A stretch of DNA of 64,000 bases. Origin: Octopus vulgaris (lineage: Eukaryota). Within the stretch, counting starts at the first letter, position 1. Each line of letters opens with the position of its first letter. Below are positions 1 through 14,235 of the stretch, in pieces. The position numbers and the translations under genes were made by a program. The stretch is from contig OX597817.1 in assembly GCA_951406725.2 (NCBI GenBank), forward strand, positions 71,176,001-71,240,000, read 5' to 3'. The notes under the pieces were generated by a model. That model was given only the letters and a program-made list of their open reading frames with translations. It was not told where the DNA came from and ran no database searches.

Positions 1-321
1 TCGTGATCACATATCCATCACAGTACAGATTTCATCTCACTACTTTACAGTTTTTGCATATTATTTATCTCACCCCCAAATGAGCAATTACCTCCCCTGT
101 CCCGAATAATAATTATCACCACTTACCTCCCCTTAGAGTTTTCTACTTGTTGATTCATTCACAAAGTATCATACAAGAACATGGAATAAAACCTTCTTAA
201 GAAAATACAAAATTACGATAATTTCAATATCATGATAAGTGAAAGCGAAACTGGTCGACAACCACAATGCTCTTTCATTCATATTATATTAAAACTATGT
301 AAACTGTGTGCCTTTCCTTCT

Positions 322-389
<68 letters not shown>

Positions 390-860
390 GGTAAATTGAA
401 AGCAGAAAAATGAACACGATTCAATTGGACGAACATACATACACACAGATGACCCCTCCCCACAAATATAACGATAGAAAGAATATTCATTGTCCAAGAA
501 CTAGCACAATTTTAAGAATCATTCGTGCAAGTCCAAAGTACGAGGACTCAAGAAATAGATCAGGAACTTCTAACCATAGTCTAATATGTAGACCTGTCTA
601 AGTCTGGAAGGCCAAACAATCTGGATACCTCCCTATACTTGTCTTTAATTCAAAATCTCAAACAGAGGAGGAGACTGTAAAATCAAATTTTATAAGAACG
701 ATACCTGCAGAAATTGCTTGTCCACGATAATTTCAGCCCCTCCTGTCAGTGTTTTTACCGGGTGCAAAAACAGAAAGAACGAAGATAAAGGGGTATTTGA
801 ATCACTCAGTATATCAACACTCATACTTCAGCAAGCCAAAGTTCATGCAGGGATAAAAAT

Positions 861-1298
861 TTGTGCCCGCTAAATGGAGCTTGCATGTCCGAGACCATCA
901 TTTATGAAGCCACCGTGGACTCTATATCCACCAAGGACACGGTTTCGACGAAGAAATACGTGGGCCTTACAGAGGGTAATTTCAAGGCCAGGTTCAATAA
1001 TCACACCTCGAACTTCAGGTACTGGGATAAAAGGAAAAGGACCAAATTATCCAGTCGTATATGGTCTTTAAAAGATAAAGGTGCCAGTTACAACATCCAT
1101 TGGAAGATCTTAGCCAAGTATAAGCTCTACACCAACGGCAGTGGAAAGTGCAGTCTTTGTGATATGGAAAGATGGCTCATCTGGAAAAGCAGCTTAAGCC
1201 CCGCCTCATATCTAAATTCAAGAATTGAACTTTTCGGATCATGTTCATATGTGGCTAAATATTTGTTACGTTTTTGGTCCCTCCAAGATTACAGATAG
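861..1298 (+). pseudogene. PLE C-terminal GIY-YIG endonuclease domain (fragment)
   Basis: CPLNGAC..IIYEATV..KYVGLTEGNFKARFNNHTSNF..TKLSSRIWSLK..IHWKIL..CSLCDMER..LNSRIE matches the PLE GIY-YIG pattern with CxxC. No intact RT upstream; the start codon is TTG. Confidence 0.85.
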
Positions 1299-2048
1299 GA
1301 CTTGCTTTCTATATTGTGTCCACGTGCAAGCTTTTTATCTCTCTATACTTTTTACTTATATTTCTTATATATTTTTTATATATTTTTTACATATTTATAG
1401 AGATATTGGTTTATAGTTTTATTGCTCATATATTTTTTTACACATAATTTTTCTGTACCCTACCTTCCACCCTGCATTTTTCCTGTTCGTATATAGACGT
1501 ATATATGGAATGTTTTGTACGCGCGTGTGTATGTGTGCGTGTGTGCGGGTATGTGCGTATATATACGTGTGTGTGTGCGTGCATGCGAGTATGTGTGTAT
1601 ATAGACGTGTTTTACTCTTATTGCTTATTTTTTACACGTTTTTTTACACATTTTTCTGTATTTTGCCTTCAGCCCTGTTTTTTCTTGTGCATTTGCGTAT
1701 ATAGACGTGTGTATGAAACTTTTTTGTGCGTGTGTGTGTGTGTGGAAGCGTATATGCGGGTATGTATATATTTTTTGGCGAATGTGTGGGTGAGCATGTG
1801 TGTGTTTTAAGTGAGGGTGGATGAGTATATACATACAGGCGCATGTATGTTGGTGAGCGGGCGCGCATGTGTATGTATGGACATGCACGCTTACGCGATT
1901 ACTATGGACATTTTTACTCCCTTACCTTTACTCCCTCCACTTACTTAGCAATCATTCAGAAAGCTCTTTTGTCTTAATAAACGGTCAATCACACAGTACT
2001 TTCCGTTTGTTTCAACGGTCATTTTCATAGCATCTTTTTCGATGGCCC

Positions 2049-2109
2049 GATAACTGAAGAGATGCCGGCGTGGGTTTCTGCCTCGACATCTGAAACTCGG
2101 AGTTTTATC
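2049..2109 (+). ncRNA. Type I hammerhead ribozyme motif (PLE-associated)
   Basis: Stem I GATAA/TTATC; core CTGAAGA; stem II GATGcCGG..TCGaCATC; one extra T then GAAA; short stem III AC-TCGGA-GT; cleavage triplet GUU. Confidence 0.7.
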
Positions 2110-2213
2110 ATGGCTACCGAATAATTTTCACATATTATATTTACAGATAAATTCCTCTATTTACATAATATCGAGGTCTCTTTCATTCTTTTGCTGTCTT
2201 GCCATTTCTATCA

Positions 2214-2250
<37 letters not shown>

Positions 2251-2499
2251 AAATTTAGCGGAATGACCACTAAAATGGACATCCTATATGCTAAACATAG
2301 ACGTCAAATCGTCATTACCACGAAGAATGTGTTCTCAAGAAAAATATCTCAGCAAAAAATCAAAATGTAAAAATAAGCAAGACAAATGAAAGTATACGAA
2401 ATAAAAAACGATTACCTACATACCATGGTTTCACTTGTTAATTTTTACGTATATGAACACGCAAAGATCATCATCATATATATACATACATATATGTGT

Positions 2500-2700
2500 C
2501 ACTTTATTTTTACCCACGAACGCTTGATAACCGGTTTTGGTTTGTTTACGTCCATGTAACATAGCGGTTTGTCAAAAGATATGATAGAATAAATAGCAGA
2601 CTTAAAACTAACTACTGCAGTGGATTTATTCGACTAAACCCTACAAGGCGGTGCTCTGCCATTGCTGCAATCCAAAAATTGCACCAAGTAAACGATAATA
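2500..2700 (+). mobile_element. SINE family B, 3' portion (diverged)
   Basis: cgcttgataaccgg..tttacgtcc..gatagaataa..cgactaaa..aaggcggtgct matches the full copy at 24150-24558. Confidence 0.65.
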
Positions 2701-3499
2701 GAAGAAATTGAAGTACCAATCGAGATTGTGGAAGGGCAGAACTGCAATAGGATGGATCGGATGCCTTGTGGTATTCATTGCTTGATTTCTGATTCCAAAT
2801 CCTGTCATGGCTTACTTAATGCATCACCCAGTTTAACTCCACCACTTGGGGCCTTGGGTGGCTTTTGTAGAATCTACACTGACGCAAGTATTCAGGTCAG
2901 ATCACCTTTTCGAGGCTATATGCACACAGTGTTGTCTAAGAATAATGCTACTGATAAACTTTTTCATTGCTATTTTGAACTTTCGTATCTTTTAAAATCC
3001 TCCTCTTTCTCATCGCTTTTAGTTTCCCTCTTTCACTCCATTCCACATACCCTCACTCTCCGTATATCAATAATTTTCTCATTCCGATTATTTCCCTTCC
3101 AAGTATGCCTAACAACTGGTTCACTACAATTAAATGTCATTCTGCACTGTGTCTAAGATCATAAAGGCCTAAAACAAAGGCAAACGTCCTCGGTGTTTGA
3201 AGAAGGACCGTCTCAGAAACGTCAGTGACACTTATCCCATCAACAAACAACATTATTGAAATTTATATTTTACCACTAGATACAATTTTCGTGGACATAG
3301 ACACCATTTGTCTCTTTCGATTATGGTTTCTATTTTTCCGATTTTGTATGTATGTGTTTGTGTGTGTATACATAAATACATAGAAGTATATGTATGTAAG
3401 TATATATATATATGAAACTTTTTATGCATAGAGACAGGAAAATCAATACGATTTAAAATTTATATATTCATGTACATAAAAGACTAGGTATAAACAGTC

Positions 3500-3568
<69 letters not shown>

Positions 3569-3611
3569 TATACATATATACATATATACATATACATATA
3601 TACATACATAG

Positions 3612-3642
<31 letters not shown>

Positions 3643-3880
3643 CATATATATATATATCTATATATATATATATATACATATGTATATGTATGGCCAAACA
3701 CCTCGATTGTATGGGTGTGGATGTCTCTTTTCGCATGAATAATATTCCGTTAGAAACGAAACACCTAAAATTGATTCCACTCGTAAAATCATTTTAAGAT
3801 AAAAAAAAGTAAAACGCATTGAATCCTATCCTTTTTGGCCATTTGTTTTATTCTCTCTCTCTCCCTCCCTCTCTCCCTCC

Positions 3881-3915
<35 letters not shown>

Positions 3916-4322
3916 CACTTATATATATGTATATATATACAAACTTTGCCTATACACACATACGTGTGCGTGCGTGTATCTATACATATGTATACATAAG
4001 TATACACATGTAAGTATATATCTATGTATATATACATGTCTATGTATGCATATGTATGTATATATATATGTATGCATATATGTAAAACGGTGTGTATAAA
4101 TATATGTAATTATATATATGTGTGTATATACACACACACACACTTATATTAGCACGTACCTGTTATGTATATATGCTTCGCGCACACATCTAAGTGTATA
4201 TACATATACAATACTACATAAATACATACATATACATACATATATACGTACACATATATATATGTACATATATATATGTACATATATACACATATATACA
4301 TGCATATATATATAGATACACA

Positions 4323-4397
<75 letters not shown>

Positions 4398-5210
4398 ATG
4401 TACATAGACGCACACATCTATCTATATATCTATCTATATATATATGCTTTGCACACAGGTAATTATATATATATACATACATAAATACACACACACACAC
4501 ACACATATCGTTACAGAAATACAGCCTCTAATATTTCATCCAAAATTTTCCCTATAATCCCGCTAATTATTTCGCCAACAGAATTTTGCAGCAAAATGCT
4601 TCTCAAACGCAGATTTATGCGTGATTTGCGCACATCGGAAACAATTTCTCTTAAAGATTGCTTAAACGATGCATTTATTTCCATGAAAGTAAGATATTCT
4701 ACACTACTGAATCCTTGTTCTTCAAATATATGAAGGCTTTTAATATTCCACTTAGATAATCTAGTTTTTTTATACTTTTCATTAAATACATTAGCTCATG
4801 CCTCGCGTGTTTTTGCAATTTTTTTTCATATCTACGTTACTAAAATACGGAATAGAATATCCAATATTTTTGAATACTAGCTTTCAATTCAGCGGCATTA
4901 AAATTGATTAAATTTATAATAGTAATTTTGGGAGTAAATCTGTGTCTGTGTGTACCTGAACAAGACTGCACGTGTCTGCATGTGTTATACTTATTTGAGT
5001 ATGTGTTTTTATCCATAAGACTAGAAATGTAATTTTTTTCCTTAAGACTTTCTTTCATTTTACGAAAAGAAAGAACAAAGGGTATTCATAATACCAACAG
5101 AGAGTTTTCTTTTAGTTTATATATTCAAATTCTTTCATCTTCAAGTTAACCCATAAAGGTATGTAGACATTTTGCTAAATGGAGTTGGCGTAAGGAGATA
5201 GAATTACACC

Positions 5211-5340
<130 letters not shown>

Positions 5341-5849
5341 TGTGTGTGTGTATATCTATATATATCGATATATATATAAAAGACCAAAGTGTACGTACGC
5401 CGCTATATTTTATATATAAAAATGCAAAAAAGGACATGAGCGCAAAACATCCAGACACACGATACAAGGAAAACAAGTACGGGCCATTCGGAGTTTTCTA
5501 TCCTCAGTCGAGTTCCAGACTATCTTTGAAATTTTGGCTGGTTATACTCGAGATTGCTCCAATCTGGCCAGCTCCAAGGGGAAAATAAGCTAAGAGCATT
5601 AGATTCCTTCGAAGAAAGCAGCGAATGTATCCGAAAACAAGGACGGAAAAAAGAAACAGAGAAATGTCACACAAATACAAATGCAGTTGACAGGACACTG
5701 GTGTCATTCGACTAAGGACAAATTAAATTTAGCTGGTGTTTGTGGAAGTAAAGCTTTACGGCAGGGACATAAGGTTTAAAAGCCACAGAGAAGAATATAG
5801 ATTTTGCGCGGATGGTATAAGTCCATATATACATACATGCATACATACA

Positions 5850-6482
<633 letters not shown>

Positions 6483-6524
6483 ACACACACACACACATAT
6501 ATATATATGTATATATGTATATGT

Positions 6525-6575
<51 letters not shown>

Positions 6576-6627
6576 ATATGTTATTTTAGTATACCGCACA
6601 GCTATATGCTTACAGTAAATACGGCGT

Positions 6628-6718
<91 letters not shown>

Positions 6719-6825
6719 ATGTATATACATATATATGTGTGTGTGTGTGTGTGTGTGCGTACGTGCGTATGTGTGTGTATCTTTCACTTGTTTCAATCAT
6801 TTGATTGCGACCATATGGGGCATAA

Positions 6826-7950
6826 GAAATTTCGCGGATGACTCTAAGTTTCTGAAGGTCGTCGAGAAGGCCTAATCTCCAGTCGGAAACGCTCGCGGTT
6901 ATCCGATGGGTGGAAAAACATAATATGCAGCTAAATGAGAATAAATTTACTTCGTTTAACAGGCTGCACTTGAGCTACCACACGCTCTTCCTTCAGGCGA
7001 AAACCTTGTAGCATCAAACACAACTATGGACTTCGGTGTAACTCATAACGACATTTAAGGTGGAATGTCAACACGAATATCAAAGTCAACGTAGCCCGCA
7101 GGGAGTTCTAGATTCGTAGGTCTTTTCTACCATTCTTCTTCTCTTCTCAACCTTCGCTCTCGCCTCACCTTGAATGTTGTTGTCTGCTGTCGTTTTCCAA
7201 CACGATACAAAATATTATAAAAATTGAAGCACTCCAAAGATCAATGACAAAAAAAAATATGACAGGTCTTGATTATTAGAATCGGCGCACGAAGCTCAAG
7301 CTTTATTCCTTCTAACGACGGCATGTGAACTAAACCGTTTGTATGGAAAATATTCCAGCAGCATTGCCAAACTGATGTTGGCATCAACTTTAAAATTCAC
7401 ACAAGGCTTGTTCCCAGTGCCATCCGTCCTCTTCAAAAGTCATATTCGCGACACACCATAACACTAAAACAGACTATTTCACCTCAACTAGCCCTGCTCT
7501 CTTTAACACCACGCCAAGATACACTAGAAAACAAAATATTATAAAATTATACTTTGGTTATGGTAGATGAGTCCGGCAAATATTTGGATTCAGATGAATA
7601 TGGTTCTTAAGTTGAGGCACCAGTCCTCTTCAAAAGTCATATTCACGACATACCATAACACTAAAACAGACTATTTCACCTCAACTAGCCCTGCTCTCTT
7701 TAACACCATGCCAAGACACACTAGAAAACAAAATATTATAAAATTCAAACGGTTCCCGGAAGAATATTTCCAACAGCATACAGATAAACCACTTACATCC
7801 GGATATATCTCTGCAAGCAATAACTCTTTACTCGAATGTGTCCAAATGTGTCCAAAGAATGACTGTAATATGAAACATTATTGTCTTTTCCAGGTAGTAC
7901 TGTTAAGTTAATCAAGACCTGGGCCATTTCTGTTCGAAACTTATCCAAGT
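6826..7950 (+). mobile_element. Degenerate non-LTR retrotransposon RT 3' part (CR1/L2-like)
   Basis: Broken frames give [48 protein letters not shown]; several stops and frameshifts. Confidence 0.7.
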
Positions 7951-8366
7951 GTCTAAGTGTACGTACGTATGTACGTACATACATGCATGCATACATACAC
8001 ACACACATGTACGTATGTGCGTGTGTGTTTGTGTACGTGTGTGTGAGTATGTATGTCTATATACTTTCACATCCATGTCTGTATCAACACACACACATAC
8101 ACATATATGTTTACATATAATCATATAAAGACGCTTACATATACACACATCCATCCATCCATCCATCCATCCATCCATCCATCCATCCATCCATGCATAC
8201 ATACATACATACATACATACATACATACATGCATGCATGCATACATACATACATACATACATACATACATAAATACATAATACTTACATACATACAAACA
8301 TACATACATACATGCATGCATACATACATGCATGCATACATACATACATACATACATACATGCATG

Positions 8367-8398
<32 letters not shown>

Positions 8399-9012
8399 CA
8401 TACATACATACATACATGCATACATACATATGAATTCGACATCATTTTATTTAATGCGGAGATAATGGATGCTAAGTGCTCAGAATGTAAAAGGCTACAC
8501 AATATACCAACACACTGTAATCGAAGTGCTTATTTTGAATTTGTTTTTAAACAAATAGAAACACGCTGCCTAAAAGATCCCCATTACCAAACAATGCCCT
8601 TCTACCATATTATTTTCTGTACACTCTAATCGATTTTTGTGAAGATAAGTGAATATGTAATGATTGAATTTTCCAAAAAATTTGATGTATGAAGCTATGG
8701 CAGCTGTCAGAATAATTTATCAAGCGACAACTAGTTAATATCAACGTAATGAAATCAAAATAGTTTCTTGCCAAAATATATAAATAAATAATAAATAAAT
8801 AAAAATGAAAAGAAAAAAATAAACAAAATTTTTTAAAATGCATTTCTTGATTTTAACTTGTTTGGCAACTGATTTATTTGATTTCATTGTGTGTCGAGAC
8901 AAATAAATTGACATCCCGGTTGAGTCCTTGCCGTATCAATTTAAAAAGAAACATTTACTGCTGTAATCATATTTATTTTATTATTTTGGAAACAGAACAA
9001 TAACAAAAGTAA

Positions 9013-9225
9013 TGGTTTCAAATTTTGGCAAAGGGTCAGCAGTTTTCAAGGAGAATGGGAAGTCGATAACATCGGCCACAGTACTCAACTGGTACTTGTA
9101 TCATCGACCCTGAAAGCGCTAAGTCAACCTCAGCGGAATTTGAGCTCAGGATGTAATAAAGACGGACGAAATGCCGCCAAGCATTTTGTCCCGCGTGCTA
9201 ACAATTTTGCTAGCTCGCCACCTTC
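9013..9225 (-). mobile_element. SINE family A (tRNA-like head)
   Basis: Reverse complement of the ggcgagctggcagaa..gagttcaaattccgccgaggtcgac..gtaccagt unit seen at 20208 and 51328. Confidence 0.8.
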
Positions 9226-9959
9226 ACAATGACAAGAATAATAATATTTTGAAGGAAACGAGTTAGTAGATGAAATTGGCTCTAGTACTTGATTGATACT
9301 TTATTTTAGCGACCTTGGTGGGATCACTGGAATATCTACAGCACCTCAGATACATGATTTTGTCTATTAGCTGTTGGTTTGACCATCGAAGAACGGTGAA
9401 TCTCAGTGAATCGTCTTCATTATTATTCGGAGGAAGAGCATCATCGTTGTTTTTGAGAAGGGTGTTCTTCCCCACTTGCTTTAGTTGTTTTCTGTTGCTG
9501 TTCACTTTTCATTTTTGTTTTATTTGTGACTTCAGTTTTCATTCTTTTTTTTTTTTTATTTGTGACTTCACTGTTTGCGTTTTGTATTTACTTCGACAGT
9601 TTGCTATATTTTCTCTTCAACCATTAATTATCTCTCTCTAATTGCACAACAAAGGAATAATGCTACTTGTTGCTATCGTTAGGAGACAGATTGTTTGCTC
9701 ATTTGTTTCCAGACTGAGAATGAGATGATTTCCTCCATTCTTGGAACTGCAATTGATGTGTCTCTGGGAACTGGAGCTTTTTGCCCATTGGACCTGGAAT
9801 ACATGGAAAGAAAACGAAAATCGAAAACAGCAACAATAACTGAAGAGATTCTCACGACTGTAGCAACTAGGTCTTTTGGTCTTTTACATGAGTCTGTTGC
9901 CATTTTTCTCGAAGTCCTCAGCTGTTCACAGACTCGGTTTGGCCTTATGAGTTTCAAAG

Positions 9960-10680
9960 GTTGCAGAACCATACCGGAATTGTGCCCATTGCTAGGGCTC
10001 GAGTAAAGGGTATGTCGTTAATTACACAGGGCAGCAAACTTAGTTGTTACATTTGTCAGAGTAAAACATATCTTAGAGCTGAACGTCCAGAAATGCTGAA
10101 AAGGTCAAACAAAAACAAATAAATAAGATAAAATAAAAAGAAAACGAAAATAATGAAAATAATTACGGCAATAGCATAAAAAGAATTAAAACCCCACAAA
10201 ATCCAATTTCCAGATTACCACCAGCCCAAACTCTGGAGATAGCATGCAAAATATCTCTGTATCAGAAAAGAACGATCAAATACATCCTCCTTTGACGATA
10301 CTACCACACCTTCATCATGCAATCAGGAGACAATAACTATTACTCATGAAAATTCTCAAAAGGAAGAAAACGACCACAGAAAAAGACCCAACATAAACAA
10401 CAGAAGTAGGTAATGCGCAATCGTTTTTATCCAAAGTCAATAAAATACCCCCTTAGGACACTAAGATCTCTTAGGACATTAAGATCTCCTGTTCTTTGAA
10501 AATCAAACGAATAGTTAATCAACAAAATGATGCATTTGTAGGACCACGGACTCGCTGAAGGAGTTATAAGGACAAAACCAATTAGATTAAAAGTATAAAC
10601 AACATGCAAAATAGATATTATTAGTAAAAAAGTTGGAGCTTTCAACACCAAGCTTAAAAAAACAAAAACAAACAAAAACA
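9960..10680 (+). mobile_element. Highly degenerate LINE ORF1 zinc knuckle / APE remnant
   Basis: SCYICQSKTYLRAERP (~10041-10090) resembles a decayed CX2CX4HX4C knuckle; VGAFNTKL (~10631) resembles the APE GDFN motif. Confidence 0.35.
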
Positions 10681-10869
10681 TATTCACTGGTGTATTTGGT
10701 TTCACATAAACACAGGTTTAGTTTTTGTAAAGTGACCAGGATCATGGAGTGCACAAACCCAATCAAACCAGTAATCTTGCGCGTTTTATTTCCTTTCATT
10801 ATGCTTTGTTTTGATTATTGCTTTTAGTGTACTTTACTATTTATTTCTGAGCAAATATATGTATAAGTC

Positions 10870-10936
<67 letters not shown>

Positions 10937-11129
10937 CTATTTGTATGCATGTGTGTCTACATGTGTGTGTATGTATGTATACATGTATATGAGTTTGTGG
11001 GTTCGCGCTTTTCCTTATGCACACATATGCGGACTTTAAATTAATAATCCTTCAGTATATTGTAAAACGTTTCTCAAACGACCGAAAAGACTGAAGACAG
11101 GCACTTTTCTCTTCGGCCTATCCTTCATC

Positions 11130-11517
11130 AACCTTTTAAAATTTCACCTAGAAAGGAAGATGAGGGTGGAGAGAGAAGTGATGCCCACCCACCCCCAATA
11201 CATTTGCCGAAAGGTGGGTGAATGTAGCGAAAATGGCCTGTGTGAGTGGATCTACTCTAAAAATGCGCTTGTAGGCTGGTGAATTTGAGGAAGAGAGAGG
11301 TACCCTTCCCGAGTACTCTCGAAGCGCCGGATAGTTCAGGATTGGTGGGGTTCCTGAACCAACCGTGGGTGGTTATCCTATTGGGGAATTTTCACTTTTA
11401 TATTTTTCTTGCTTAATGTTTATTGTTATTGTTTTCCTAATTGTTTACTCGTTATTTTCTGTAAAACCCCCACTGTCCCCTTCTACTGTATGCCGGCTAT
11501 GGTGACCAATAAATGGA

Positions 11518-11566
<49 letters not shown>
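11130..11566 (+). mobile_element. 3' end of a Tx1/L1-like LINE (ORF2 C-terminus, 3' UTR, AATAAA, (TAT)n tail)
   Basis: FKFHLERKMRVEREV..FAERWVNVAKMACVSGSTLKMRL* followed by a UTR, aataaa near 11507 and (tat)n. Confidence 0.55.
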
Positions 11567-11567
<1 letters not shown>

Positions 11568-12394
11568 GAACAAACCTATACATCGAATTTAATGTGGATT
11601 AATTTTTTTAACAACTTATTATAATTGTAAAATGATAAGAGCAAATTACTTTGTAAATGAGTTATATATTCTCACTTTATCTGTTCTTGCTTTCTGAGGA
11701 TGGAAATACGTATAAGCTTAATCACAGTCAATATTCTTAAGCAACTTATTTTACTTGGAACTGTGTAATTTTAATTTTAATTAATTCGAAAATGATAAGA
11801 ACAAATCATTTTTAAAGGAAATATATTTTAATTTATATTTATGCTACCTGTTTTTCTTTTATATCAGGAAATAAATGTAATTATGAAAAAAATAAATGTT
11901 TGTAAAGATGAAAAGTTCATTTATATTTAAAATTACACACAATACCTCGAAAACAATCTAAAACATCTCTATTTTCGTATCTAATACAAAATCTTGGATT
12001 CTGTCTGTGGAAATAACGTTTTAAAGTTTTTTGGCATAATAGCAACAGCTCTTCGCAAAATAACTATACAAAGACTTAAAAGATGTTTTTTTTTAACGTA
12101 TAGTGTCATATAATGAATAAACATTTGAATGTAACAATGTGACCAAAATATTTATGACCAGGTTTAGCATGTTTATTTTCTGTGGTTTATGCAAGAAGAC
12201 AGAATAATAATCTACCATGGTGTTCACGACTGAAACTTTCGAAGGTACCAACTTCCTCGTGACATTGTAGAAAGGGATGCATTATATTTTGGTAAATAGA
12301 TTTTCTATCAGCTGAAAAGTATTTGAGAAATCAATAGGAGCAAACTTGTTCACCATATAGAAGCATAATGAATAGTCTTCATCCGAGTCACATT

Positions 12395-12757
12395 CTCCAT
12401 GCTGGAGTACCGTCTTGAAGGGCTTTCGTCCAACAAATCGACTCCAGGACTTATTTTTAAACCGTAGTACTTATTCTATCGGTTTCTTTTGCCAAACCAC
12501 TTAGTTACGAGGGCGTAAATACACGAACACCGGTTGTCAAGCGGTGATTAGGGGACAAACACAAAGACACACACACATATACATACATATATATAACGGG
12601 CTTCTTTCAGATTCCGTCTACCAAATCCACTCACAAGGCTTTGGTCGGCCCGGGGCTATAGTAGAAGAGGCTTACCCAAGGAACTACGCAGTTGGACTGG
12701 ATTCAAAGCCATGTGGTTGGAAGCAAGCTTCTTACCAGACAGACACACCTGCGCCTA
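12395..12757 (-). mobile_element. SINE family B
   Basis: Reverse complement of the 24150-24558 type unit, including the internal (CA)/(TA) microsatellite. Confidence 0.8.
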
Positions 12758-13510
12758 TGTCTAATAGTCTGAAGTTTCTTCCATACTAATTGAGAAAGGC
12801 GAAAAACATGAGAGCGGACACTAATTTTAGCGTCAGATACACGAACCAAAGTGTTACGTACAGCCAACTTGAAATAACTGCTGATATCCGTTGTTATAAT
12901 CCAGATTACAATTAGCGAAAATCTCAACAAAAGTTTCCTACACAATGCTATGCTGTTCTTCTGTTTTTCGAGGCATAAACACTTAGATTTAGTGCTTCAA
13001 TTCTCCATAAATACTTCTATGAGTGGTATATAATCTGAAGAGCGAATCTGACCACTTGATGATCTTTCCATCAATAAACCGGTGGGAACCCTGGTTAAGA
13101 TACTTAAGGGACGACGGGACTGGAAACAGGATTCTGTTTTGAATAATCAGTATCACTGTCAGAATTAGAAATTGTTCTTGATCTAATGCTCTTGTAAATT
13201 TTCTCTAAATAGTTGATTTTTAATGGTCTTCGGAGAGAGTGCAAATTGCAGCTACTTTTTCAGACTAATATTTCTCTTCGATGTATTGATGAAGGCAGGA
13301 TAAAGAAACTTCAGCACTGACCTCACAGAGAATGATGCCTGGAGTTTTGGTTGTTTATTTTTTTTTAAACAATAGAACTATATTAGTGATCAGATCGCAT
13401 TTGTGCAACGAAAATTTGAAACTTCATTGAATATATTAAAAGTGACTTTATCATACCGTTGGCCCCTATCTGTACTCTGTACTTCCACGTTGTGTCGCTT
13501 AGCTAGTTGC

Positions 13511-13638
13511 ATCCTAAACCTGAATTGTTTTTTTCTTTCTCCGGGGAAAACTTACAAACAAGTCATTGGATTGCCATGGGATCCAGTATGGGTCCCAATA
13601 ACGTAAAACTCTTTGTAGGCCATATTGAAGAGCAAATC
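13511..13638 (+). pseudogene. Penelope-like RT fragment (motif B region)
   Basis: ILNLNCF..GKTYKQVIG, frameshift, then AMGSSMGPNNVKLFVGHIEEQI; matches the PLE YxQxxGxAMGxxxxPxxANLFxG motif. Confidence 0.75.
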
Positions 13639-13671
13639 TTTGTCTAATTCGTGGGAACCACCCCAGAGCTG

Positions 13672-13757
13672 TACGCTCAATAAACACACACAACGCCCGA
13701 TCTGGGAATCGAAACCGCGAGTCCGCTGCCCTAACCACTGGGCCATTGCGCCTCCAC
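13672..13757 (-). mobile_element. tRNA-derived SINE head (family C) fragment
   Basis: Minus strand reads gtggaggcgcaatggcccagtggttagggcagcggactcgcggtttcgattccc (A- and B-box-like). Confidence 0.65.
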
Positions 13758-13940
13758 GAAACGGAAAAAACCTTTCCAATTTAGACTCGGGGCCACGTCA
13801 TGACAGGTTTACATAACGTGTTTCTTTCCACTCTTACACCGCTGAGTTCAGTAATCTCATTCTTATCCTTGAGCTCCTTTTTCATTAAAATTTTCCCTCC
13901 ATCTAGCCCTACCTGCTTCTCTTCTTTTGATAGATCTTTC

Positions 13941-14235
13941 TGTTATGACGTAGGTATTCACGTCTGATCTAAAATGGTATTACACAAATAAATATTCGGT
14001 TAGGGTTATCTAAAAATAACCTATCGCAGAAATATATATTAACACAGCAGGTACTCCGTACTACACGAAACGTAGATACGATACTCAGTATTCACTGTTT
14101 GACTACCGACTGTTAAGTCAACACAAGTCGAACTAACACGGTAAACTAACACCGTCAACTACCCCCTGACAGTTCATTTATTGTAATCGGTTAGTGCACC
14201 AGTCACGTGGGGGTGTTCAGAATTCTCCCATAACA
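13941..14235. mobile_element. Solo LTR (295 bp)
   Basis: TG...CA ends with terminal inverted TGTTATG/CATAACA; perfect 5-bp TSD CTTTC (13936-13940, 14236-14240). Confidence 0.8.

Larger units (their letters stand above)
750..2215 (+). mobile_element. 5'-truncated Penelope-like retroelement (GIY-YIG endonuclease, 3' region with hammerhead), ending at a (TA)n tract
   Basis: GIY-YIG ORF at 861-1298, then a T-rich/(GT)n 3' region, an HHR motif at 2049-2109 and (TA)n from ~2217. Boundaries approximate. Confidence 0.75.
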
